This document shows positions 1 to 9,837 of a stretch of DNA of 64,000 bases, piece by piece. The position numbers were made by a program, and so were the translations under genes. The notes below the pieces were generated by a model that was not told the DNA's origin, did not search any database, and worked only from the letters and a program-made list of their open reading frames with translations. Origin of the DNA: Nemertoderma westbladi (lineage: Eukaryota; Animalia; Xenacoelomorpha); NCBI GenBank assembly GCA_032718475.1, contig JAUCBJ010004651.1:62001-126000 (forward strand), in the 5' to 3' direction. How positions within the stretch are numbered: position 1 is the stretch's first letter; each line of letters starts with the position of its first letter.

Positions 1-306
1 TCCTAAAGGAACTGTTAATATTTCCCGAAAGTTAATAATATCTGTCAGAAATTAATTATTAGTGATCTATCGAATAATACAATAGGTTTACACTGCAACC
101 TTACACTGCAATAATAAAATCTAAGCATCCGAATTCAGCCTCCCGGGTGTAGATCCATCGGGTGAATGATCGCGCATGGGCTGGCTTCGGCTAATGTTTT
201 GTTTATTAGCATAAAATATTGTCGTATGCTAAAGGTGTGTTAATTAACTAAAAGACATATAAATTTTGGCAGGTTAAACTGCTAAAGGTCTTCAAAAGCG
301 CGAACA
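1..306 (+). repeat. 3' part of the 5' LTR of element A
   Basis: No difference seen by eye from 10762-11067; ends in ACA. Confidence 0.93.
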
Positions 307-318
307 GTAACAGTTATA
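307..318 (+). promoter_or_regulatory. Non-canonical primer-binding site GTAACAGTTATA (second copy at 390-399)
   Basis: Directly abuts the LTR end; no TGG; exact reverse complement TATAACTGTTAC at 10315-10326 in the LTR. Confidence 0.65.
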
Positions 319-745
319 ATCTTATTGCAGTAGGCAATAAGGTTGCAAGTGTAGGCATTAAATACAGTTTAATACTGTTCTGTCGAACAGTAACAGTTAA
401 CGATCTTATTGCAGTAAGCAATAAGGTTGCAAAATACCGTAGTGACCGGTAAAACTGAACCGGTACTTCTGCAGGTCAGTAGGCCTAACTGTCATCACCG
501 GTACCGGTACTGCTGTACAAGTACATTTAGTATTATTTCGATTGTGATCTATTGTATATTGTAGGCTGCCAGGGGAATAGGGATTGATCACCCCTCATTC
601 TTTTGTATAGTTTACTTATTTCTGTCGGTTTTATTTACTAGTAGGCTAATATTGAGCAGAAGGCGTGTGACCCTGCTCAGATTGTTCAGATAATTGTAGG
701 CTGAGCTGCTGTCTGACTGTTGTTGAGTTTGGAGAGATTACGGCA

Positions 746-1265
746 TGTGTAGAGTTGGTCTGATCAAGTGCCGTTAGTAAGTTGGGGCAGCCATATGCTG
801 AAGGTCAATCCCCTCTTAAAGAATAAGTCGTACTACCGTGTTAGAACGCATACTAACTAACAGTTTCAGAATCTGCATATACTGTAGTTTATTTAGGCTT
901 GATCGTAGTCTGCCAGTGTTTTAGTCTGTGTTTGTTTGTGTGGTCTGTTCAGGTACCGTAATAGTTATTACTCAAATATTTTGTAGGCTAGATTGTTGTC
1001 TAGCTATTTTTAGGTCTGAAGGGATTGCTGCGTGTGTAGAGTTGGTCTGATCAAGTGCCGTTAGTAAGTTGGGGCAGCCATAAGCGGTAAGGTCAATCCC
1101 CTCTTAAAGAGTAAGTCGTACTACCGTGTTAGAACGCATACTAACTAACAGTTTCAGAATCTGCACATACTGTAGTTTTTTTAGGCTTGATAGTAGTTTG
1201 CCAGCGTTTGGTTTGTATTTGTTTGAGTATTCTCTACGGGTAGCGTAATATTTATTATTCAGAGT
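746..1265 (+). repeat. Two ~287-bp tandem direct repeats in the 5' leader of A
   Basis: TGTGTAGAGTTGGTCTGATCAAGTGCC... at 746 and 1033, near-identical for ~175 bp then diverging. Confidence 0.85.
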
Positions 1266-2587
1266 TTATGCGATTATTCGCAACATTCATGTCCCCAAGT
1301 TTATTCCTACAGTAATTGTGCTTGTTATACATACCGTTATAGTTAAACTAACCCCGGTACTACATCAGGGCTGCTTGGCGTAGGTAAAGACTGACGACTT
1401 TGTGCTTCGGTCACTCCAGCAGATGCCGTGGTTCTTTTAACTGTTCAAGTATATTTAACTACTGATTATTTGTTATACCGGTACTTGTACCTAATTTAGG
1501 GTTTAGTGTACAGTGCTTTCCGAAGTAATTAGTGTAGGCAGTATATTTGTGTTGTAAAGTGGTTGATAGGCACATTCGTTAGCTCTATTAGCTACTGGGT
1601 AGGAACAATCCGTGATACATAACGTAGTACCTATAGCGATACGGTTATAGGTCGTCAGGCGGTGGTATTTTCCTATCTGGACAACGCAGTGTATTTACTA
1701 CTACTTATTATTTTCAAATACCGTAGTACCCTGTTCATTGTAATAACCAGAATTCTAACCCTTTGTTAGGCTGGTTTGTAGACTTCCTGTAAAATTACCC
1801 TAAAAATTTTGTACGTAATATTTTTGTTGTGTTTAATTAGAGAATTAATCTCACCCATATCGTAAGTAATTTGTAGTATTAAGTAACTTAGGTAAATTAG
1901 AATTATCAGTTTTAGTGTCTCAATAAGTAACACTTCACTGACAGCGCACAGCTTCTGTGTAGTGATTCCCCCAGAAATAATAACATTTATTTCAAATATT
2001 GACAAAAAACCCATTTAAACGGGTATATATCTATTATAAATCAACTCAAACGATTTATAAGTAGTAGGCCTGCCATACAACAACTAGGTCTCAAAATCAG
2101 TTGGACTACTGCTTAAATAACGGTAACAAAGTAAGTTAAAGTAACCAAGTAACCCTAAATATTCAGAAATTCAATTATTCTAAAATAATTGACATACCGG
2201 TATTTACCATAGGCTTATTATATTTATTTCTATAAATTTGAGCTGAAATCATACCGGTATTCTGTAATCAATTTTAGTTCATAGTTATACTTTATATATA
2301 TTATAAGTGTAAGCTGTATACCGGTATCCACGATAGGCCTATTATATATTTATATATTTATATATATATTTGTGCTAAATTTATACACCGGTACTCTGTG
2401 GCAAATCTAGTCTGTAATAATACTTATATATACTATAAGCATACCGGTATTCTGATATAATATATATATATCCCGCTATATTAAGTAGCAGTATCGGTAA
2501 TTAATTATTAGGCTAGCAGTGATACTGAATTACTAGACTTGCTTTAACTGTATTTATAGCCGTAGGCATTCAACTGTGTAAACAAAC

Positions 2588-5500
2588 ATGTCGGACACAA
2601 CCCAATCACTGTCGGATAGTCTTTTGGAAAGTGTTAGAATGACTGTTAGACAGTGTCTTAAAAAGATCAGTGACCCAGATCCCAGTATAGAACATCCTAG
2701 ATCCAAGTCTAAGTCACCTCCTGCTGTAAGAAAGGCCATCCCTACCGTAGTAGTGTCAGACCCTAGACTAGTAGAACACCGTAGGTCTATCATCGGAACT
2801 CGGGCCCAAGTCAAGCGGGATCAAGAAGCAGCTATCAAACAGCAGCAACCTCCTAGCCCAGAACCTAGTTCTCAGCGGCCCGATGGCTCCAGTAGTTCGG
2901 ATACTGCTGAGCGGAGACCCGAACACGGAGCGAAGATGGCGGATACGGTTTATGATGAGCGACCAACCTTTGAAGAATCAACCGACGCTGCTTCTCCTCA
3001 AGTGGAAAGCGAAGTGGAAAGCGAAGTGGAAAGCGAAGTGGAAAGCGAATTAACAGCAGCAGAGAAGCCGCGAACTAGAGATGCCATTGACATCTATCTG
3101 TCAGACTATCAGCGATTCATAGGAGACGAAGAGTTGAGGAGACGACTGTCTGGACTTCGCCCTAATAGTGAAGGAACCAAGCTTGTGTTGGACGCACTCG
3201 ATGCCGAAATGTTAACTGCAAACCAAGCTGAATGTGATGAAAAACTCCGCCTCACTAGAGTCCGAGAAGAACAAGTAAAGAAAGAACTGATAGAGACAAG
3301 AAGGGTAGCAGCAGCAGAAGCAGCGGAAGCAGAAGCAGAAAGAAAGGCAAAAGCGGCGGAAGCAGAAGCCGAAAGAAAGGCAAAGGTGGCAGAAGCACAG
3401 CGGAGAGCTTCTGAGGAGACTATTCGATTAGAGTTGGAAAATCTGCAAGAGACACAAGACAGTATAAATAAACAGTTTACTGCTAATCAAATGCAGATGA
3501 TGAGAAAATCTACTCCCAGACGTCAGGGATACACATCATCGGAGGAAGGCGAGACCACCGATCCTGAAGGCGGAGGAAATAGATCTCATCTAAGTAGGCG
3601 TAGAAAAACATCTTACCGTCACAAATTGCCTGATTTGCCCCCAGCTGTTAGAAGACAACTAGCTAGCACAGACTTAGGTAGTACAGAACCCACAGAACAA
3701 ATTATTCAGGTCACAAGACTCCCTACAATAGTTGATGAGCCTGAAATAATTAGGCCTGTCGTTCCCAAAGTCACTTCTGTGTTAGAGACCCCTGTACTTC
3801 CAGAGCTTAACTCTAAATTCCCTTTACATAGTACTACACTGCCTGTACCCGGTGGAACAGTCCATGCAAATACCCCTGTCCAGATAGCAGAGAGAGAAAT
3901 CAATAATTTGTCTCCCGTCGTCCCGCGTCAGCCCGCTACTATGTTGGCGACTCCTGCTTCGGCGGTTGAGTGGGTGGAAGAGGGACGGCGGGGGATGAAT
4001 CTCCTGCTAGGACAGATGCAGGAGACTGTCCACCAACTTAAGGGAACAGTGAGGGAAGGTAGAGCAGAGTTGCAAGAAGTGCAGCAAAGTATCGCACTAG
4101 AACGCGATAAATTAGTCAATATACAAAAGGGCATACCAATACCCCCTGTAACATTGTGTCAACCTGTTAGGTCTGAAGTATTACATGCGCAAGGTGTGGA
4201 GCCTACACGCATCTATACTGCTAGTGAAGTAGAAACTCCTATAGCAAACCCTATTAAGGGTGATTATAGACCTGTTATTAATGATATTCCCTATAGACCT
4301 GATAATGATCCGAGAAATTTATATACCGATAATTCGATATTAAATAACACGATGGCCCAAGAAAGCTTTATGCGTCAGATGGCTAGAACAGAAGCCCGCC
4401 AAGCGGTCAAAGTGGGAGAGATCGTCAAATTCAATGGAGATGAGATGAAATGGTTACCTTTCAACGAATATTACAAAGATAGCATACAGAACTCTGTACT
4501 ATCTAACGGAGAGAAACTTAGATTCCTCATCAAGTGCTTGGAAGGACCTCCCAAGTTAATGGCGTTAAAGTTTATTGGACATCCAGATGGATTAAGACAA
4601 GTTTGGGATACATTAAACATCAGGTATGGTAACAAGGATAACATAGCTAAGTATTTGTATGCAAAATTAGTAGCCCCCAGACACTTCCTTAGTAGCGGGA
4701 TTATAGAGTTTTCAGATGAAATTCAAGAGATCTGTAGACAACTGGACTGGTTAGGTAAGTCGCATGAATATCAGAGTTCCATGGTTATTGGAGCCGTAGT
4801 CTCTACTTTACCAAAGGGTGGAGTATGTACACGCTGGGACAAGAAAGTGTTGTACATGAATGAACAACAACGACGAAGTCCTACCATGGCTGATCTCATG
4901 TCCTTCTTAGATAATGAAGTAAAATTACAACTCATAAAGCAGTCCAGAGAGAAAACATCGGAAAATAAGGTAAGTGAGAAACCCGTTTCTAGGAGAAGGA
5001 TAATACCAGTGTGTTATACTGACGACGGCGAAAGCCAAGCTTCTCAAGAAGAGGACAGCGGGAAAGACACCGAACGATCTTACTATGACAACAAGACCTA
5101 TAAAGACGTAAGTAAATACAAGTCTCGAACCAGTGACAGGAGAGAACAGGTAACAACAACTCCTCCTACGTCACCTAAGAGAATTCACGGAAGAAAGCCC
5201 GAAGAAAGAACGAGAGTGCAGAACGTTAACCAAGTTAAGGTGAGTAACATCAAACCAAAATGTGCGATGTGCGACGGGCCCCACCGTTTGAGTGCGTGTG
5301 CAGAATTCCTAAAGAAATCCCTGGCAGATAGACGTGGAGTCCTGTGGGATAAGCGGTTATGTTATAACTGTCTCAGACGCGGACACCAGCGGCGAACCTG
5401 TTACTCTGACGCAAGGTGTGCCAAGTGCGGCGCGAAACATCATAGCTTGTTGCACACGGAATTCGAACGAAACAGCCCGAGTCAGGTAAGTGAGCCCAAA

Positions 5501-6691
5501 TCACATGTCCAATTCAGTGATGTGAACGACACTGACCAAAGTTCTGAGTGGGAAGGATTCTATACGGACGAATTCTCCGATGCCAACGAATCCTGTTATC
5601 TAATAAATACCGCAGTGTATCGAGCACTTACGTACGAAAAAGACACCGACACGGAGTTCCCCCCAACCACCTTTGACAAACAACCATCTTGGAAAGCTCC
5701 AGCTTCCAACGTAGGAATCAGAGAATTTCCTGTAGTTCAAGTAAGAGTTCACGGTCTTAACAAAAGCTACATAGTGAACGCCCTCCTTGACTCCGGCAGC
5801 ACAGGAACATTCATCGATCAAGAACTAGCCGAAGATATCTTTGCTGGACAACCCAAGTTCCGGACTAAATTGAATATGTCAGGAATTATGCAGGTTTGGA
5901 AATCTACCCTAACGGCAGATTACTATGTAGGTGTGTTGTCCACCCCCCAGGATAAGTTAGGAACACAAGGTATAAGGTCAGTAAAAATGGTGGCTATAAA
6001 GAACTTTGCTACTACTCAAGCAGAACCTTATAACTGGGACGAGGACGAGTGCATCCAACATCTTGAGATACCTCGATTCCAAACCGATTATCCTGGAGTG
6101 CAAATACTCATCGGCCAAAACGCGCATGAGGCGCTCGAGCCATTAGAGAAACGGCCTGCTCAACCACAGCCACTACAAACCTATGCGGTAAGAACTAGAG
6201 TAGGTTGGTACTTCACTGGCCCTTCCCGTAGAACTCTCAAAGAGAGATTACCTCAACAACAGGTATACCAAGTAAAGGGGGAAGTGGAGAGCAGTGATGT
6301 GGACGACCCAACTGAGGGAACACCATACTCCTCAGATAATGACGATATTAACTCCAATGTAGATCAATGGAGACATTGCCTTGGGACGATTAATCCAGCC
6401 GACATCGCTTCCAGAGGAGCAACTCCTCAAGAACTGATAGATACTCCAGGCTGGATAGGTGGATCCGACTCCTTAAGAAAAGAAGAAGAAGAATGGCCTC
6501 CTCATCTTACCACGGCAGAAATTAGACAGGCCAAGGGAGCGGAGAAAGTAACACCACAACTCAATCGCCCAGCTAGTCGTTTATGTTCACTGGAAAGAGA
6601 CCGAAAACTGTCCGAAAACTATGGAAGGCAAAATACTCTTCCTACGACTACTTCCCTAATCCGACAAATATCTAGGGACTCCATAACGTGA
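2588..6691 (+). CDS. gag: Bel/Pao Gag-protease polyprotein fused in frame to the C-terminal end of the Pao RNase H region; RT and integrase missing
   Basis: KFNGDEMKWLPF..KLRFLIKCLEGPP (DUF1759-like Gag); three Cys/His knuckles (CAMCDGPH..C, CYNCLRRGH..C, CAKCGAKHHSLLH); aspartic protease LLDSGSTGTF; QWRHCLGTINPADIASRG..W (Pao RNase H end); no YVDD. Confidence 0.9.
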   Translation: MSDTTQSLSDSLLESVRMTVRQCLKKISDPDPSIEHPRSKSKSPPAVRKAIPTVVVSDPRLVEHRRSIIGTRAQVKRDQEAAIKQQQPPSPEPSSQRPDGSSSSDTAERRPEHGAKMADTVYDERPTFEESTDAASPQVESEVESEVESEVESELTAAEKPRTRDAIDIYLSDYQRFIGDEELRRRLSGLRPNSEGTKLVLDALDAEMLTANQAECDEKLRLTRVREEQVKKELIETRRVAAAEAAEAEAERKAKAAEAEAERKAKVAEAQRRASEETIRLELENLQETQDSINKQFTANQMQMMRKSTPRRQGYTSSEEGETTDPEGGGNRSHLSRRRKTSYRHKLPDLPPAVRRQLASTDLGSTEPTEQIIQVTRLPTIVDEPEIIRPVVPKVTSVLETPVLPELNSKFPLHSTTLPVPGGTVHANTPVQIAEREINNLSPVVPRQPATMLATPASAVEWVEEGRRGMNLLLGQMQETVHQLKGTVREGRAELQEVQQSIALERDKLVNIQKGIPIPPVTLCQPVRSEVLHAQGVEPTRIYTASEVETPIANPIKGDYRPVINDIPYRPDNDPRNLYTDNSILNNTMAQESFMRQMARTEARQAVKVGEIVKFNGDEMKWLPFNEYYKDSIQNSVLSNGEKLRFLIKCLEGPPKLMALKFIGHPDGLRQVWDTLNIRYGNKDNIAKYLYAKLVAPRHFLSSGIIEFSDEIQEICRQLDWLGKSHEYQSSMVIGAVVSTLPKGGVCTRWDKKVLYMNEQQRRSPTMADLMSFLDNEVKLQLIKQSREKTSENKVSEKPVSRRRIIPVCYTDDGESQASQEEDSGKDTERSYYDNKTYKDVSKYKSRTSDRREQVTTTPPTSPKRIHGRKPEERTRVQNVNQVKVSNIKPKCAMCDGPHRLSACAEFLKKSLADRRGVLWDKRLCYNCLRRGHQRRTCYSDARCAKCGAKHHSLLHTEFERNSPSQVSEPKSHVQFSDVNDTDQSSEWEGFYTDEFSDANESCYLINTAVYRALTYEKDTDTEFPPTTFDKQPSWKAPASNVGIREFPVVQVRVHGLNKSYIVNALLDSGSTGTFIDQELAEDIFAGQPKFRTKLNMSGIMQVWKSTLTADYYVGVLSTPQDKLGTQGIRSVKMVAIKNFATTQAEPYNWDEDECIQHLEIPRFQTDYPGVQILIGQNAHEALEPLEKRPAQPQPLQTYAVRTRVGWYFTGPSRRTLKERLPQQQVYQVKGEVESSDVDDPTEGTPYSSDNDDINSNVDQWRHCLGTINPADIASRGATPQELIDTPGWIGGSDSLRKEEEEWPPHLTTAEIRQAKGAEKVTPQLNRPASRLCSLERDRKLSENYGRQNTLPTTTSLIRQISRDSIT

Positions 6692-7207
6692 TAGCATGTG
6701 GAGTGGGCGTGTGGCTATATCATTTTATATTTGTTTTTATTTTATATTTATGTATGTATTATTATGTAATTTTATTATAATCGTTTTCTTTAATTTTATT
6801 TAGTAGAATGTTATTTTAGAATATTTAGTAAATTAGTGCAATATATTAGTGTTTATTACGTATTTAATTACTTACAATATATTTAGTGCGACGGCAAGAA
6901 ATAATTATTTTTCTCTTTCCTTACTGTCCGTATTATATTATAAATGCGAGACTATAGTAAGATGACATGTCAGTACTTCTTAAAGTACAATAAAGCCACT
7001 ACTATATTTAAGTATTATTGGTAGGCAGAGTATTAGGAATGCAAAGTTCAGATCCTTGTGTCTCGGCTAAGCCAAGCTCTGGGTAGACCTTGGAAACGAC
7101 TTGCCTCTTCACACTGACATTGCTTCGTGCGATATTGCTCTTCTACCTTATAACAAATAATACATATAGTAGCGTGATGTCCCTCTAACAGTAGCGTAAA
7201 TCGCAAA

Positions 7208-7780
7208 TAAATCTGTTAAACTTTTGACCATCTGTAATTCTAGTCAATTAAGATATCGTGGCACCCACCGATATACTTGAAAGACAAATTCTAGAATCAG
7301 TGGTTAACGTCCCCAGACAAGTTCTGGAATAAATCGGTGCCCATCCTAAATATTAATTTAATATTTATTAAAATCTGTAAAATTCAGATCCGTTAACGAT
7401 TCTAGTCGATTAAGATATCGTAGCACTTACCGATACTCTTAAAAGACAAATTTTATAGAATTAAGGATCCTAAGTCCCCAGATATGCTCTGGAATAAAAT
7501 TTGTGTCAATTTAACATCAAATAATAAAATTCACGGGAATAAATTTAAATTCATATTCAAATGAATTTCATAAATTGTCATTTTGTGCAATTTATAACAT
7601 TCCCAAAATTCCAGTAATTAATAGATCATGGGAGCGGAGATTCATATTGAGTGTATTAGAGTGTGAGAATCTCCAACATATAGTCAATAGCCGATAAAAT
7701 TTATAAAATCATGCATAAAGAGGATATTGACAATTAAAGAATTACTATTAAATAACATCCCAGATCTGTATGCATGAGAA
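7208..7780 (+). ncRNA. Three tandem predicted structured RNA modules between pol remnant and accessory ORF
   Basis: Copies at ~7208-7345 and ~7370-7510 with covarying stems; third divergent module ~7613-7777; shared TAGTC..GACAA(A)TT and (T)CCCAGA motifs. Confidence 0.5.
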
Positions 7781-8309
7781 TTACCCTAATTCTACCGCTA
7801 GTTTTCCATAATGTCACCATGGCAACACCCACGCTAGAATTAGAAGCAAGTTAAAGGAACAATAAAGGCTTGCCCCATTGCGTAGCATAAGAGAATACAT
7901 AGCGCACTATTAGTATCCAAGGATACATAGTAATAACGTGACATTCTGGAAGACAATGACTAACGGACAAAATGGCTTGCATGTGTGCAGTAAGTAATGA
8001 TTGTATGGAATTTGTGCGTTTATAGGTGAATGATACTACTAAAGTGTGTTTACAGTAGCTAATCGCAATTGTAAAGTAGCCTAACTCTACCGAGATAACC
8101 TCAAGTGGATTCAAGCCTTTGGGACGGACAGTGGTGGGACTTGTGTCGATTATCGTTGTCGTGCTGTTGCTACATGTTGGCGCAAACACCGCGACAACGG
8201 TACATCGGCGCTGAGAAACCCACTGTCCGGGGTCAAAGACTAGTAGGCAGCGACGCCCGCTTGCCTAAATATTGACTCATACTAATATTAATAAACTCAG
8301 ATAGCAGAT

Positions 8310-9759
8310 ATGACGGAATTAATAGAAGATGACCTTGGTATTAGAGAGCGATATACTCTACCTTTACAAGCGTTTGTGGATAGCTTGATACGCGGTGAAG
8401 CCGATCCGACTATTACGGAGGACGATGGTCATTATATCGAACCGCCGATGTCCCAAGAGCAACTTACGCGTGAATTGGACTATCGAAAATTAACCGCTCG
8501 CTATACGCATCGTAATGGTACGTATATGGACTTCTTAACTACCGGCCATCCTATCGATTTACATGATACGGACAATGTAGACACCCTAAAGGGAAATGGT
8601 TCTATTTAAATATCATACCCAGCGGAGTCGTAACGATAAACCGAGAATAGATCACGAAAATTCTATTCGTAACAGACTGGGAAGACGAACCAATATGCCT
8701 AGAATCTGAGGAGATTCAGCCTATCGCGCTCGGAACAGCGACTACGATTACAGCCTAGAATGGTATCAAAGTCCACAGTGTCTCACTGCGTACGATTATC
8801 GCCATGCCAACTATGTTTCTCGGCAACGTTGTCGGTTATGCGCATCGAGAGACCATGTTACGCCCATGGACACAAACGTCCGCTGTTCCTATTTCCACGA
8901 ACAACCGGCGATGGAAATTTATTGCGCGTATTGCAGATTTAATAATTTGCACATTTTTGCGGTTTGCCCTCAATTTATGACTCAATGTCACCATTGTCAA
9001 CTAAAGGGACATGCCAGTTTCGATTGCCCTTTTAATCACGATTTGGAAAGCGTAGATGAAATGATCACACTACGTTACATCAGAGCTTGGGAAGCGAACA
9101 CTGATTTATATTGTGATTCGCGCCATCGCTATTATCCCGGACGCGCTTACGAAGGAGTTTATGCATTACATCCTTATCTATTCGCTTCGGTTGAACAGAA
9201 ATCACGCATATCAAGTTACGAGCTACTGAAGCGCGTCGGAGAATGTATTTCAACCAAATTCGTACGCAAATTTCTCAGGAGTGTTAATCCTAGCGACCTT
9301 CATCCCTATAACTTAATCAATCATATCCGTCAGGATCCGGACTATGGAGACTTATTCGTCAACTCACACCCTGAGTTACAGGAAGTATATCGACGGCCTT
9401 ACGAGTACCGAGCCCGCGAACGCGAGTTGGAAAGAACCATTAAACCAAGGAAGTTTCTAACTGCCTATGGTCCACCCACGGCCCTCGTGCAGACCACTCG
9501 TACAGGACCCGTAAGAGCGGCTGTCTTGAAACGAGCTCTCAAAGCCGTTAGACCCCTCTCCCCGGACGTTGATGTCAATCAACCCGGTACTTCGACCGGC
9601 GGATATACCGATCGCAATCCCATACCTTCTGATGCAATCATATTGCACCCTTCACCCAGGAGTTATAGCCCTCCTCGTAAAGTGGCTCGCCCCAAAGAGA
9701 AAAGGACTCTTGCTAGCTTTAAAAAACTGCGTAAACGCCGTCCGCGCAAGAAAGACTAA
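8310..9759 (+). pseudogene. Deleted, frameshifted copy of the accessory ORF (paralogue of 11733-15986); keeps the N-terminus and C-terminal zinc-knuckle/NLS part
   Basis: MTELIEDDLGIRERY start and FKKLRKRRPRKKD end identical to the 1417-aa ORF; +1 frameshift near 8586; ~2.8-kb deletion near 8690. Confidence 0.9.
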
Positions 9760-9837
9760 CTGTTTAGAGTATTTACGTATATTAGAAACTGTGATTTTTG
9801 TATATTTATAGACTCAAATCCCATTTTCTGGGAGCGG

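Noticed and set aside
10-17. AACTGTTA downstream of a TATA-like box as the Tf1-style primer
   Set aside because: Only 8 bp and not flush with the LTR edge; the 12-nt match at 10315-10326 is better. Kept only as an alternative.
267-285. TGGCAGGTTAAACTG as a tRNA PBS
   Set aside because: It lies inside the LTR (present in all four copies, which end ~40 nt later) and is one arm of a conserved hairpin.
60-306. Dicistrovirus IGR IRES or HDV-like ribozyme in U5 (TGATCT, CAGCC, GCGAA motifs)
   Set aside because: CAGCC becomes CAATC in LTR B and is paired; the required helices could not be built.
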